From NCBI GenBank assembly GCA_023213395.1, contig CM041465.1:147319741-147383740 (forward strand): 64,000 nt of DNA, given 5' to 3'. Below the pieces are notes generated by a model, which was given only the letters and a program-made list of their open reading frames with translations, was not told the DNA's origin and did not search any database. The stretch is from Cycas panzhihuaensis. Taxonomy: Eukaryota; Plantae; Cycadophyta. The translations under genes were made by a program, and so were the position numbers. Positions 1-14,049 of the stretch are shown in pieces. Numbering within the stretch: position 1 is the first letter of the stretch; each line of letters opens with the position of its first letter.

Positions 1-619
1 TGTAGTAGTGTAAGGAACATCATTCTGAGAAGCACACTAAAATATAATAATATAAAGATGCATCATTCTAGGTCATATAATTGAATGTCATAAGCCATTA
101 TTCTAGTATAAACCCACCATTCTAAAATGAAAAAGATAAAAAAAAACCATTATTCCAAAAAGACATTTTGTAATGTAGCCACTATTCCAAGCAGTGTTCC
201 AAATTTAACACGTTGAAATATCACTATTCCAAGTCACCAATCCTCGTAAGGCTACCATTCCAAAGTCATTGTTCCTCAAGGAGCAGTTGAGAGGATGACA
301 TAAAGGGAAATATAATATATAAAAGAGCAAGAAAATCAAATCTAAATTTTATAAAAATAAGTTAAAGGTGATAAAGAAGGATAATAGCTAGGGAAGTTGA
401 AGATTAGCCATTCTAAAAACACTTTGAGATCATGCATTCATTAGTAAATAGTTCATTGTTTAGCATACCAACCCTAGCATTTTAATAGCTCACCATTTGG
501 CATTCCAATTTTAATAGTCTAACAATCCATCAGTAGGCATTCTAGTAAGAATGATATTTAAAGGATTTTAGTTACTCCAATGATCTTATTCTAGCATTCC
601 TACTCCAACATCTAATTCA

Positions 620-2150
620 AGCATTCCCTAGATAATTATGACAATAGAGAGAGAAATTTTCTTATGAATATGTAGGAAACTTCCATGTCAATACTAAAGA
701 TAAACAAGAGGATGTGAATGATGGATTTAAATTCATATTGATATGTGCTATGTGGAGCAAGTCTATGTAGTTGACTCCACTCTATTAAGATAAAGACTTA
801 ATGGTAGAATTAATAGGGAAAGTGACTTGAAATAATGCCCTAACTGAAATTTCAATGAAAATGATATGGAGATTGACAAAATTCCCTAAGTTGTGGGATG
901 TTATCTATAGGGACAAGAATGTAGGCATTCATGAAGCTATATGTCTAGAGAAATTTGTTCACCCAATGCCTTTGTACTTTGAGGAGATATAGAGATTAAC
1001 ACAACCTAAGATCTTTAGTTATATTGGGTAGGAAAGGTGTTAGTTACCAAGATTATAGAGAAGAAAAATAATACATATATTACTTAAAAGGGGTGATTTC
1101 TATATCGCACTGAATAATGTAAGGGGAAGCCTTAAATTATAATAAGTATCCGGCAATGCTCATCTAACAACAACTATGGGAAATTAGGAAATGAGTACAG
1201 ATATTTTGATAACTTTTCCTACTTTTAGGAATTCTATTCCTATAGATTTTAGTCATATAGCCTTCAAGGGTAAACATATACCCTAACACATTATTATTAC
1301 AATAGTGAGTGGAATTATTCCTATTTAGCGTAATATAATATTAGCCAATATCATAGGAAAATTATCAACCACACTCCAATATATTATAGATTGGTTCAAA
1401 TAGTTAGCATCATCACCTATATAAGGACAAGCCAAATAAAAAGGAAAGAAACAAATCAAAATACTTAGGGTGTAGTAAGAAGAAGGTGAATCTTCCCAAC
1501 CAATAATGATAGCTAGTGAGTAATCATTACATACACCATCTCTATAACTAACACTCGACTAGGTGGACCTTGATGAGGGAACTACCAAAGTAGGGGGAAG
1601 AAAGATACATGATATGTTGAAGGAAATCTAAGAAGATTATAATAGGGTGAGTAAGTAGGGGTTATATTTTATGCTAGTAATAAAACCTATGCTACTACTA
1701 CCATAGGAGGAGGAAACATAGAAGAGGTATGTAGAATTCTTCACTAAGTTTATAGATCATTAGGTTGATGAATATAATTCTAGATTTAAGGAATACAAAA
1801 GTTTTGAACAGTAATTTAGGCAAAAAATATTGATGGATATTAAATACATGGTGTGTAAGTTAGGTATTTAGTTATTATCCTACAAGACTTGAAAAAGGAA
1901 ATTATTAAATTATGGCAAGAAAAAGTAGATATATTTAAGGAGAACTTGGAATTTTGTATGCAGTTAGATGTACTCCATAAGAAAGTAAAAGAAATGGAAA
2001 CAAAATTAAATGCTACAAAATAAGAAATTATGGAGTTAAGGGGAAAAAGATAACAATATGGAAACCAAGCTTTAGGAGGTAATGGAAGAAGCTTCAACCA
2101 CAGACATTGATATAAATATTGTAGTATACAATAATAAACAAAATGGTAAA
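620..2150 (+). pseudogene. Heavily degenerate coding-like remnant, probably a retroelement accessory ORF
   Basis: Purine-rich stretch broken by many TAA/TAG/TGA stops (e.g. KMIWRLTKFPKLWDVIYRDKNVGIHEAICLEKF near 860-960; coiled-coil-like LQDLKKEIIKLWQEKVD near 1880). No family recognised. Confidence 0.3.
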
Positions 2151-4354
2151 GATTATAGAATTGTAGGAGTAGCTTAGTGGATCAAGAAAGGGAGAGTAAA
2201 ACCCCCTACAAAAGTCAAAATTTAGGTATAAGTTTGGTTTGTTTAAGCAAGGATGCTCAATAATTTTGAATCCCTAAATAAACATGCAATAAATCTGGTA
2301 TAAAAGGGTCAAAATAGGGTAAAATTAATAAGAGCAACTTTAGCAAGTTAAGAATGGCTTCCAAACAACTTTGACAAAGCATGGAATATCACTAATGAAC
2401 CAAAATAGTATGATATAATATTGATGATAGTGAGGAATGGTAGTAAGAATGACTTATACAATGAGGAATGATAATACAAAATGCCATATTAAGCATGGAA
2501 TATTATACACAATCTAAGAGAATGACATTAATCATTCTAAGAATAACACCCATAATAAGAACAACTTTAGGAACATAACATTCATGAGAATTGAGTTGCC
2601 ACATTAATTATGAACCTTGCAAATGCACATATATTTTAAGTGTCACTTCTACATAATTAATGTGTTATTAACAATTTAATGGATATGCTATTTGGTAAAG
2701 AACATGTTGTATTGAGATGTTGTTTAGTGAAAAAGTCATTGAGTTAGGGGACAAAATAGGCATTGTCATATCCAATTTAGTATAAGAGCTGAGTTATCTA
2801 ATCCCAAATAAAGATATCAGTCTTATGTATCATCCCATTTATTATTTAATGGAATTATAAGTTATAAAGAGCTTGTATGTATGAATATGAATGCATTATA
2901 TGATATATATGATTTCTTGAGGATTATTATTGCCATTATTCATATGAAGCCTAACATGTAAGAGTGAAGACACAATGCCACCAAACCACCATAAAAGATA
3001 CAAGCTATAGAGAATTTACATTGACATATGACTAGGGGATATTCAAGAAGTTGTTGGACAACTAGTGTGTTACATCTAAGTCAATAAGAATGTGCCATTA
3101 TACAAGTAATATGCATTGCTAATTTTATGAGTCATCTAATCATGTTGTTTATGAGTTATGAGCAAATGGATTATAAAGTCCATAAAAATGATATGCCCTT
3201 TTCCTTTAGCCATTAGTAAGGGTTGTTATAAACTTATTTACTTTTCATGCTTTGCCTTGCTAGCCTAACATTTCAAATAAGTGTTGACATAGCCCATAAT
3301 TTTTTTCTTTAATGTCTTTCTAATACATTGATATCTTTGTTATCTAGTAGGTCTTTTCACCAACAACATGACTTGTATATAGACTATCATGTATCTCATA
3401 AAGAACAATGTGACTCACTTCAAAAACATTGAGAATCACCAATTTATGCTTATACCATAGATAACCATTTCTCACTAAGAAATTCTCATGATTTGTTGGT
3501 GTATGTTGAAGCTTTAGTACTATGTCTCCTATAGTAAAAGGCCACTATCTTAATGAGTATATAAGGATAGTTGGCTATAGAAAAGACAAGGCATATTGAA
3601 TGTTACGTGAACCTATCGACATATTAGTATATTAACTAAGCATATCATAGGTATGTCACCTATTGAGTATAATTGAGCTAATATATAAAATGGGCATACT
3701 ATGGTATATTGGAGCCCTTACTTTAATTACAAGGAATTAGTTAGTAATATGTTAATATTATAATGAGTAATCATGTAAAGGCATGTAAAAGTCACACCAT
3801 TTTATATAAGGGGGGCTCTTTGCATAGATAAAAAGAAGGGACTCATATTGGTATAGATGTGAAAGATGAGTATTAGATTCTAATGTGGAGTTTTCTCAAG
3901 CGCAAGAATTGAATATCACATTTTGTTATATAGGCTCTATTTATCATTTATGAAATATTGAAGGGTTAAGGAATATATCTTTACCTTGTTGTGCATAATG
4001 TTATTGCATATGGTGTATTATATATTATTATCTTATGGCCATTTAAACTTGTATACAACAATAAATTATAACTAAGTAACCATGAATAAGGTATTATATA
4101 AGTTGTGTGTATTTTATTAATAGCATGCTTCTCTTGTATGAAGAACATACCAAGTCACAAATAATGTATACTCAAGGATAAGTAAACCCCTTTAATTATG
4201 GTGCAAGTGTAGTAACATACTCTCCATTGTTAAACATTAGTTATGTCGCTTATAAACCATTGAAGGCAATATTAGTGAAATGTGTGTCTCAATAATAGTA
4301 TTCAATACATTAGGATATATGTGAAAAAGCAAGGGCCCTACTTGTAGTATATAT

Positions 4355-4657
4355 TGATGGATGTTAATGCATCAAGGTCATTAGATTAATTATATGAAGG
4401 TGACTTTAGGTTAGCTAAGTCATATAGTTAAATATAATTTCATTTACATTTAAGTGTAATTTCGAGATCATGTCATTAAGCACAAAACTTCTTTGGAAAC
4501 TCTAATACACATCCTCTAATATATAAGGCCAAATGTGAAAAGGAGAGTCATAATTCTCACATTTCATTTTTACTCTCCTTATTCTCTTCATTTTACTCTT
4601 ATTATGTGCCATTTCTTTAGCGTAGTAGAGTATGGCAACTAGATCCTTCACCCAACA
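4355..4657 (+). repeat. 5' LTR of copia element
   Basis: tgatggatgttaatgcatcaagg...cttcacccaaca; direct repeat of 11744-12049; followed by the PBS. Confidence 0.95.
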
Positions 4658-6739
4658 ACTAGTATCAGAGTAATTGTTGACCACATTTCCCCACTAAACT
4701 TGCACAGAGCCATTAATGTCTCTCACTCATAATTCATATGAAGTTGAGAGCTTATTTAAGAACTTTATTTTATATTAAAGAGCTTAAAATTATATTATTT
4801 TACATGTTGTTATATTTTCTGTGTGTAGAATTTTAGAGGTGAAAATAATAGATTTTTAAAGTCGTTTGGTTGCTGAAATAACCCCGGAAGCATTGAAGGC
4901 CTAAAATTTTATGGAAAAAAAATGACCATCTCAGATTTTGATGAAATTTGACATGTAGGGTCATCTAGACAAGAGGATCATTTTTGTCTTCTAGAGTATC
5001 TTTAGATTCAGCCTACAATAGCTAATTTTGACTAAAATAAAAGGTCAAAATTTGTAGATGAGTGACCTATGACACATTTCTCAATGCAATCCTTTAAATA
5101 TGAGTTAAAAATCTAAAAATTTTTTTAAGGGATCTAATAGATTTATGTATCTATAGGAGTTTGAGATAAATATCATCAAATTTTATCCCCTGGTTAATGA
5201 GATCCTTGCAGTTTTCTAATGAATATTGGATCTACCTACTCAACCCTACAAAAAATGTTGTGAATACATTTTAGGTAGTTTTTTGGCTATTTTTTAAGAT
5301 GATACAGGAGGAAAATTTGATGTACATGTCAAGATGAAACTTTTGACATATTAAAGTTTGGATTCTAAGATAGTGAATTTGGTAAGATTCTACTTTTATA
5401 TTTTTTTTTTGTAATTTTTTTTTTTGTCTTTTCAAAAATATAACTTCACTATATTATCAAAAACAACATTCTGAATACTTTTTACTTTTATCATAAATTC
5501 AAATTCCATAATTTATGCCTCTATATTTATAATTTTTAGAAAATTATACTCATTTATTATTATTTATAAATTTTATGAGAAAAAAATCACAAAATATGGC
5601 AAAATAGTATGCATCTAGATTTAGAAAAATCGATATTTTAGCAGCAAGTTAATCAACTTTTTGGTCTTTTGTAGCTTTTGTATTAAAATTTCTAAAATAT
5701 ATATTTGAAAACATTATACTAAAGTAAGAGAAACCTTAGACCGAAAGTAACATATAGTTCTCCTACTAAATCTAACATGCTCTTTTTATTTCCACATATA
5801 GCATAAAGCAATATATAAAGAAGCAACAATAACAAAGTAAGCACAAAAGTCAAGCAAGCATATTTGGCATCTTTCTATTTTAGTTTTTAGTTCAAGTTAT
5901 TCGAAAATAACTTATATTATTTCTTAAAAGGAATCTCATTTGTACAACTTATACCGCTAGTTCTTAACTTGTGCACTCACTTGCCTTAGTTGAAATAGAC
6001 CATAGTTGGCTGAAGTCCAGGCCCTAAGAGGTGTGAGTTTCATACTGGGTTTGGTTATAACCAGAATAGTGGTAAAGGGATAGGTTAGCCATACCTACGG
6101 CCTTAAATCAAGAATAATCTTGATAACCACCCAAGAAAACTGAAAACTTTAATCAAGACTAAAATATACCCGATCCAATATCCATCATAGTCATGGGATA
6201 CGCACGTACTGTTTGACTCTTTAGAGGAGATATATAATTGTGCATTGGTAAATTGGGTGAGGACTAAGAGTACCTGGGCTACACTCTGACTTAGATTTCA
6301 TCACTAAGCGTAGGTGCAAGTATCGTAGGTGAAGGCCCTAATATGTATACTAGAAGCCCCCTTAGGTATCAATACCTTAACTACTTTGGACTTAAGATAG
6401 AAGTTTAGGATTGATCATATATCCTACATCAGACTTTATTTTTTTAATTATGTGCACCCATATGCTAGCTTCTATATGGGCATAATCTTAATTTTATGAT
6501 CACATGACACATCATTTATCTTTGTGATCCTTATATTGCTATTTGTATACATCATCAAACCCTACTACATTAGGAGTATTTGCCATACGTGTTGGTGGCC
6601 TATTATCATTACTTGCTACTTAATCATATTTCTCCATGTTATGCCAGGTGTATCAACCACACGTGTCAATGGTATTTTCATTTACTATTTTTTCACTATC
6701 TCTTTTACTTCATCATCTTCACCATATCTTCTCATTTTA

Positions 6740-9700
6740 AGCAAAATATAAACTGCATCTTAAAAGGGAAAGATAATTAGGATCTATGGTATACTAGAGT
6801 TAAGAATATTGCTAAGTATGAAGGCCTTTGGAGAGCCCATCTATAGCTTACACCTGTCATTCTTGCAACAACAACGACACCTGCCTCTGGAGGAACATCA
6901 CCTGTAGCTGCAATAGATCCTGTAGTTAAATTACAATGGGAAATCGATGATGAAAAGATTCGTATAGGTATTCTATTAGTGACTAATCACTCTCTACAAA
7001 ATCTAATTGATGAAGAATAATATGATATAGCTTGGAAGGTCCTTGAGGTCTTTAAAAAGAATTTCGATGTAAAGTCTGACTTTTAATTTATTCATCTAGT
7101 CTTAAAGATGAACAAGATGAAAATACAGAAGGGACGTGCACATAAAATAATCAACATCCTTCGACCAATCAAACAAGCAATAGACAAAAATTTTAAGACC
7201 TAATGTATTACATTGGCATTCCTTATATAGTCCTATCTACATATACCTAATTATAAGAACTTGCTTGGGAGTCTTCAATCAAGTGGAACATTGAAGACAC
7301 TTAACTTCAAAGCTCTTACAGAGAAGTTTGTAGAATTTGATAAGACCTTTGATGCTAATTTTGTAGCTTTAGATCGTCTTTTAGATGTAGCTTTTGATGT
7401 GGAAGAAGAAGTATGCTTCTTAAAGAATTGGGGTCCCTCTCGTGGTAGAGAAAATAATCAAGTAAGGGGTAGAGGATGAGGTAGATAAAATTAGCCATAA
7501 GGTCAATAGAACCCTTAACAACAGTAGCCTAGACAGTCTTAAGGCCAAGCACCACTTTTTAATACAACACAATCAGGCCAAACCAGTACTGCAAGAACTA
7601 AAAATTAGATTATCATGTGTGAAAGGTGTAATAGGAAAAGACACCTTACAAAGGATTATCGTATACCTGCATACAAGTTGCCTAAGTTTCAATAGAAATA
7701 TAAGACTCACAATATTGATGAAATATATAAGGAATAGTTTGGTGGTGCAAGTTTTGCTTAAGCACATACTTAAAGACTTGATGGAAGAGCCATTAATCAA
7801 ACTAAGAGGTATTTTAAAGCTTATTGTGGCTATGCCACTTGTGATCTTGAATCACCAATACAAATCCCTCTTGGAGTTGCAAATAGCATAACTTTAAACA
7901 CCTCCTCGTGGATCATGGATACAAGAGTAATACAACATATGACCTGTAATTGAGATCTATATTAAACTTTTGATTCCAATGTATATAGTATCATTTATAT
8001 GGCTAACAAATCCTAACAACTAGTTAAAGGTATTGGAAACATACACCTAAAACTCCTAGGCTTGAGATACTTTATATTACTTGATGTCCTATACATTCTT
8101 AATCTAAAATAAAACCTACTCTCCTTATCTACTCTTGTCTCTCATGGATTTGATCTTAGCGTTATCGCAAATGACCAAACTCTCAAGGTCATTTACCCTC
8201 CAATAAATTTAGTGGTCTTGACTAAAAAGCTTACTAGAAAATTATTTAAGTTGAATGACTCCCCATCTTCTAAAGCCAATTGTGCTCAAAGCCCTTGTGC
8301 TGATGAAGACTTTACTTTTAATACCACTCTAGCACACCCTAAGTTATCCCTAAAATCTCTTTGGCATACTTGCATGGGCCATGTTCATATCAATCGACTT
8401 ATAAATCTTTGTCATACCCTTCCAAGTCTATCCAAGTTCTCCTCTAAGCCCTTTAAATGTGAAACATTTATCATAGCCAAATCTCATAGAAATCTCTTTA
8501 CTAATAGTTAGTGGAAATCAAGTTATATTCTTCAACTAGTACACTCTAATCTATGCAGACCAATGCCCATTCCATTATTGAAGCAGAAATTATATTATAT
8601 ATCCATCATTGATGATTTTACTAAGAAAGTGTGGGTGGCTTTTCTGACTAGGAAAGATGAGGCATTTAGTATCTTTAAATCTTTTAAAGCTCATACTGAA
8701 AAGGAGTCAGGTTATTAGATTAAGTATCTCTAAACATATAATAGTGGAAAATATACCTCTACTAAGTTTAAAACCTATCTACGAGATAACAACATCAAGC
8801 ATCACACTACAATAGCAGGCACCCCAAAATAGAATGGAGTTGCCAAATGCATGAATAGGTCTATTATAAATATGGTTCAAGCTATGTTTGTTTATAAAAA
8901 TGTACCTGCTTACCTATGTGTAGAAGTAATTTGGATAATTGTTTATTGCATGAATATTGTTATCCCATCTAAAGGAGGAACTTCTCTTAATAAAAAGTGG
9001 ACTGGATAGGCCCCCACTGCCTACCACTTCAAAATATTTGACTCAACATGTTATGCCCATATACTGGATAGAGATAAAAACAAACTCCATCCTAGGGCAC
9101 TTAAAGGCATCTTTATTGGATACCCTATGGACAAGAAAGGGTATAAGGTCTTTATACCTTCACAATGGAAGATTATCATTACTAGAGACATGGTGTTTGC
9201 TAAAATAGATGATTAATTATTATAATTAGACTCCAAAATACCAAACTATCATTACTATGATGTTACTTAATATGATGTACATATTTTAAAATTTAGGGGT
9301 GGAGACACTCAAGAGTTACTCAAACTATTGAAATCTAACAATAGAGCCACAGAGGATAATAGTTGTGAACCTGAACCAATGAGTGCACATCATGCACCAT
9401 TATTCGAGAACAATAGAGTTGAGAAAGGCACAGTAGTGGAAGATGGGTTATGCTCCCCGGATGCGTCAACATCCTCTTCAACAAATACATAAAATGATCC
9501 TTTTCAAAATCCAAACAAAGACCATATAGTTGGAGAAATGAAGACCTCATTCCCCACTTGAGATTTTTATGAAGCCCACCAGTTAAATAAGGATATACGA
9601 CCTAATGAGGTGGCCAAATTTAGCACTCGAAGTGCTTATAGAGTGAAGATGTAGGAATTACTTTTCATTGAGTTAAAACCAATAGAGTTGCATCTTACTC

Positions 9701-11310
9701 TCAATGAAGAGCCCCTCTCATACCAAGAAGCTATAAAACACATAGCTTAGAGGAATGTCATGAATGAAGAGTATTAATCTCTTATAAAAAATAGTACATG
9801 GGAGCTTATCGACCTACTACTTGAAAGAAAGGTAGTTTGAAACAAATGGGTGTACAAAAATAAATACAGATATGATGGCACCCTTGAAAAATACAAGGCA
9901 AAGTTGGGAGGAAAGGGATTCACATAAAGGGAAGGCATCAACTACATTGAAGTCTTTGCACCTACAACTAAGTGGCCCATAATCAGAACTCTTATGGCCT
10001 TAGCAACTTAACAGGGCTGGAAGATTCACCAACTTGATGTAAAAACTGTATTTCTCAATGATGATCTTGAAGAAGAAATCTATATAGCTTAACCTAAAGG
10101 ATTTATGATTGCTGGTCTAAAGCATAAGGTGTGTAGGCTCAAAAAGTCTTTATACATCATTTAATAAGCCCCTCGTGCTTGGTTCACTAAGTTGTCAGAA
10201 AGATCACATTGGTCATGGTTCACTAAGATCATCATTGAGAAATACAATTTTTACATCAAGTAGTCACATATCTCAATCTCACTAAGTTTGTGACTACTAG
10301 GATATTGATGCAACATTGTTCATCAAATGCCAAAAAGTTAAAGTCATTTATCTCTTAATTTTTATGGATGATATTCTTATAATGGGGAACAATGAATAGG
10401 TAATCAGCCACCTAAATAATGACTTAGCTAAAACATTTAAATTGTATGACCTTGGGTTAATAAAATACCACTTGGGGATTAAGTCACTTAGGAAGATGGA
10501 AAAATCTTTCTTTCTCAAGAAAAATATATCAATAATCTTCTAACAAAGTTTTAGTTGGAAGATGCTCGAACTATAGCCACTTCAATGGAACCCAATGTCA
10601 AATTGACAACTTATGGTGATGATTGAGAGGTAGATGCAATACTTTACAGGCAACTTGTAGGTAGTATCATCTATACTACTATTACAAGACCTAATATTAT
10701 ACACTCTATCGATATTCTTGCTCGTTATATGACAAATCCTAAGTAGAGTCACTGGTAGGCAATAGTGTGAGTATTGAGGTACCTTAAGATAACCAGTAAA
10801 TATGGTCTACTATATGAACCTAATTTAGAGTTCAAACTATATGCATATATAGACTCAGACTTTAACGAAGATAAAGACACGGGGAGATCCACCTTATGAT
10901 ACATAATGTTTCTTGGAATAACACTAATATTATAAAGATCTAGATGATAAAAGACAATTATTAATTCAATTACCAAAGCTGAATACATTACTACTTCTGA
11001 GACCAGTAAGGAGGTGATATGGCTTAGGAAATTATTGGAAACATTGAATATCACCCAAACAAGTCCTACTAGCCTCTGTATGGATAATTAATCAACAATC
11101 CACAATGTAAAAGATCTTGTATTTCATGATTTTGTTAAACACATAAGTACGAAAATCCACAAGATTTGAGAACTAGTTCATAATGACATAATTCAACTAG
11201 AATACTACCCTATAGTAGATCAAGTGGCTGATATCTTCACCAAACCGCTATAAAGGGTGAAATTTAAATAGTTCTATAGGTAGCTCAACCTTCAAGCCTT
11301 CATCTTTGAC
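6740..11310 (+). pseudogene. Copia gag-pol pseudogene (gag, protease, GAG-pre-integrase, integrase, RT, RNase H)
   Basis: Gag start LKGKDN*DLWYTRVKNIAKYEGLW (~6760). Protease SWIMDT..QHMT (~7907). LWHTCMGH (~8360). VHSNLCRPM (~8540). KIHQLDVKTVFLN (10021). MDDILI (~10365). YIDSDF (~10845). VADIFTKPL (~11224). Many stops and frameshifts. Confidence 0.95.
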
Positions 11311-11743
11311 TGATTAGAGGAGATGATAATAGGATCATCATACTTTATTCCATTCATGAAAACCCCTTATGGGCACGAAAGAATAAGAGTAAGTCTCTAC
11401 TCTATCCTATTTGTGAAAACCCCTTATAGGCACAAAAGAATAAGGGTTGTACTAGTCTTAGAGAAATCAAAACTTGTGAAAACCTGAAAGGGCATGGGGG
11501 ATGACCAAATAGTATATGGAGACTCAACAGATCAAACTGGACATTTAAGTTACTTGACTATCAGGTTACATCAAGAGCCATCTTAGCCATTTTTATTTAA
11601 AGGACTATAGATCTTAGAAAGTTCGTCAGTTTTTATTCCCCATGAGGGTTTTTCTACAAAGGTGTCAATGTAATAATGAGGCTCAAATAAAGACCTCATA
11701 GAATAGATTTTATCATAATGACCTTTTACCATTAAGGGGGGAT

Positions 11744-12049
11744 TAATGGATGTTAATGCATCAAGGTCATTAGATTAATTATATGAAGATGACTTTAGGT
11801 TAGATAAGTCATATAGTTAAACGTAATTTCATTTGCATTTAAGTGTAATTTTGGGATTATATCATTAAGCAAGAAACTCCTTTAGAAACCCTAATATACA
11901 TTCTCTGATATATAAGGTTGAATGTCAAAGGGAGAGTCATAATTCTCACCTCTTATTTTTGCTCTAAATCTTGTTCTCTTCATTTTGCTCTTATTATGTG
12001 CCATTTCTTTAGTGTAGTGGAGTGTGGCAACTAGATCCTTCACCTAACA
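11744..12049 (+). repeat. 3' LTR of copia element
   Basis: Follows the PPT, matches 4355-4657, ends ...cacctaaca and is followed by the TSD tatat. Confidence 0.95.
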
Positions 12050-12729
12050 TATATGGTTGACTCTAACTAAGTCTGGCCAAGTAGGGGACTTTCTAATACT
12101 AAGACCAAAACTACCTAAAGATATACTTAAGTCCATAAGAGAACAACCATTATGGTAGACCAAGGGAAAGATAGAGCATGGGAAAAAACTTACTACTAGT
12201 AATAAGGATAAAGGTAATCTTGATAGCCAAAGAAGATCAAAATGGCATTAACTATTAAGGACCAATTAGAGGTCACTACAATCCAAAATAGTGGTCAAAG
12301 GAGTAAGGTACTTTCCTTATTAGGATAGATTGTTAACATAATACATAATAGTTTCTGTTTAAAACATTTTGAAAATACGCGCAAAGAAAATACAAGTTTG
12401 AGAGAGTGTAGTATAGATTTATATGGGGAAGCAAATATGAGTGATGAAGCTACCTAAGACAATATCAAGGATAAGGTGGAGGAAGGTCTTGATGCATAAA
12501 TTGAAAACTTTTATTACCATCAATTATTTAGGATAACACTATATGAGAATTCTTCAAAGCCAAGTAGTGTTAAGCCATTTCTAATTATCACACCCTTAGT
12601 ATATAAAGCCCTAAGAAAAGAAAATGTAGTTTTACCTAAAATATAAAAAACAATAAGGAAAAACCACTATCTTAGCTAACCTCTACTATGGGCTCTATAT
12701 GTACGTGTTATAATGACAATGCATCCACT

Positions 12730-13630
12730 AATTTGATCTTCAAGGGTACAAGGGAATCATCTAATCATTTGACCTTATTTGAGAATCTATTAAAAATTAG
12801 AGGAATCAATGATCTAGTATGTATTAGGGGGAGATATTTTGGAACCTTGGGAAGTACTACACTATAATGGTACAAGTGTTTAGAAGTATCCCTAACAAGG
12901 GATCAAATTACATCACAATTCCTAATAAGATTGTAAAAATGACAAGGGAACAAATCCATAATGAGAGCCTAAAGTGAAATGCTATAATGTCATATTCAAT
13001 GCAATATAGATTTCAACAATAAAGTATGCACATTAGTAACCTAAATGGACTGAAATGAAAGATATCTCAATCATACATGCATAGATGCTTTCTAGGAGGA
13101 TTATTGCCCAAATTTCAAGAGAGATTAAGCCTACATGCATTGGATTATTATAATTAGATCAAGGAGATATCACTAAAATTTGAAATTCAAATGAGTAATG
13201 AAGGAAATAGTTATTAGGAAAGTGTTGTCTTATAAGAATTTTGTAATAAGATAATAAAATTAATACAAGAATAGTTAATAATGGTTATATCTAAAGATAC
13301 TAAGAATCAACATGTAGATATGGTAGAAATAAAGGCACTTTAAGTAGAGGTGGCCACGTTAAAATTGGAAAAACTTAAAGGAGAACAAAAGGGATAGAAT
13401 AAAAATAAGCATGTTAAACTATCAAACACAAAATGATATCATATATATTTTGCAAAAACATATAATACTAGTAAATATTGTCATAATAGTCAAAGTAATG
13501 GTGGAACCCAAGGTGGAGGTTGAGGATAAGGACAAAGTGATAATCCAATCTATAGTACTTGATAATAGTAATAGATATAAAAAACACATAGTGAGATGTG
13601 TGTGTTATTTGAAATTTGGACATTAAAAAT
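12730..13630 (+). pseudogene. Ty3/gypsy gag remnant (host of the neighbouring copia insertion)
   Basis: FKGTRESSNHLTLFENLLKIRGIND...GTLGSTTL*WYKCL resembles a Retrotrans_gag core. The knuckle remnant RCVCYLKFGH is cut at 13630 by the next LTR. Confidence 0.6.
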
Positions 13631-14049
13631 TATGAAGAAACATAAAAATATGCATATGTTCTAAGCTACAAGATCTTGATCATATACAACAAGAAATAAT
13701 AAAGAGCACTAGTACATAAGACATTGGATTTATATGGGAAACCTTTTCGAGAAAAAACCCACCATAAATGATCATAGGATCATATCGATGATTCTTGAAT
13801 AAAATTACAATGGTCTCTAGGATTATTTATGGTTTCCCAAATGGTACATCCAACCTTAATGGTTGTGACCCTCTGAAATATTTGCATCTTTTCATTTAAT
13901 ATTAACTAAACCACATTTATCATTAAACAAGTGGCTCAGTCTTTAGCTTCCATACTAACATCATTCCTTAATGTAAATATGGAGATTTGATTTGTAGCTT
14001 GAAATCATAAACGAAGGTTAGGATTATACTTGCTGATACATCATCGCTA

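Larger units (their letters stand above)
4355..12049 (+). mobile_element. Full-length degenerate Ty1/copia LTR retrotransposon
   Basis: Paired LTRs 4355-4657 and 11744-12049. TSD TATAT at 4350-4354 and 12050-12054. iMet-type PBS tagtatcagagt at 4660-4671. PPT ttaagggggga at 11732-11742. Domain order gag-PR-IN-RT-RH. Confidence 0.97.
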
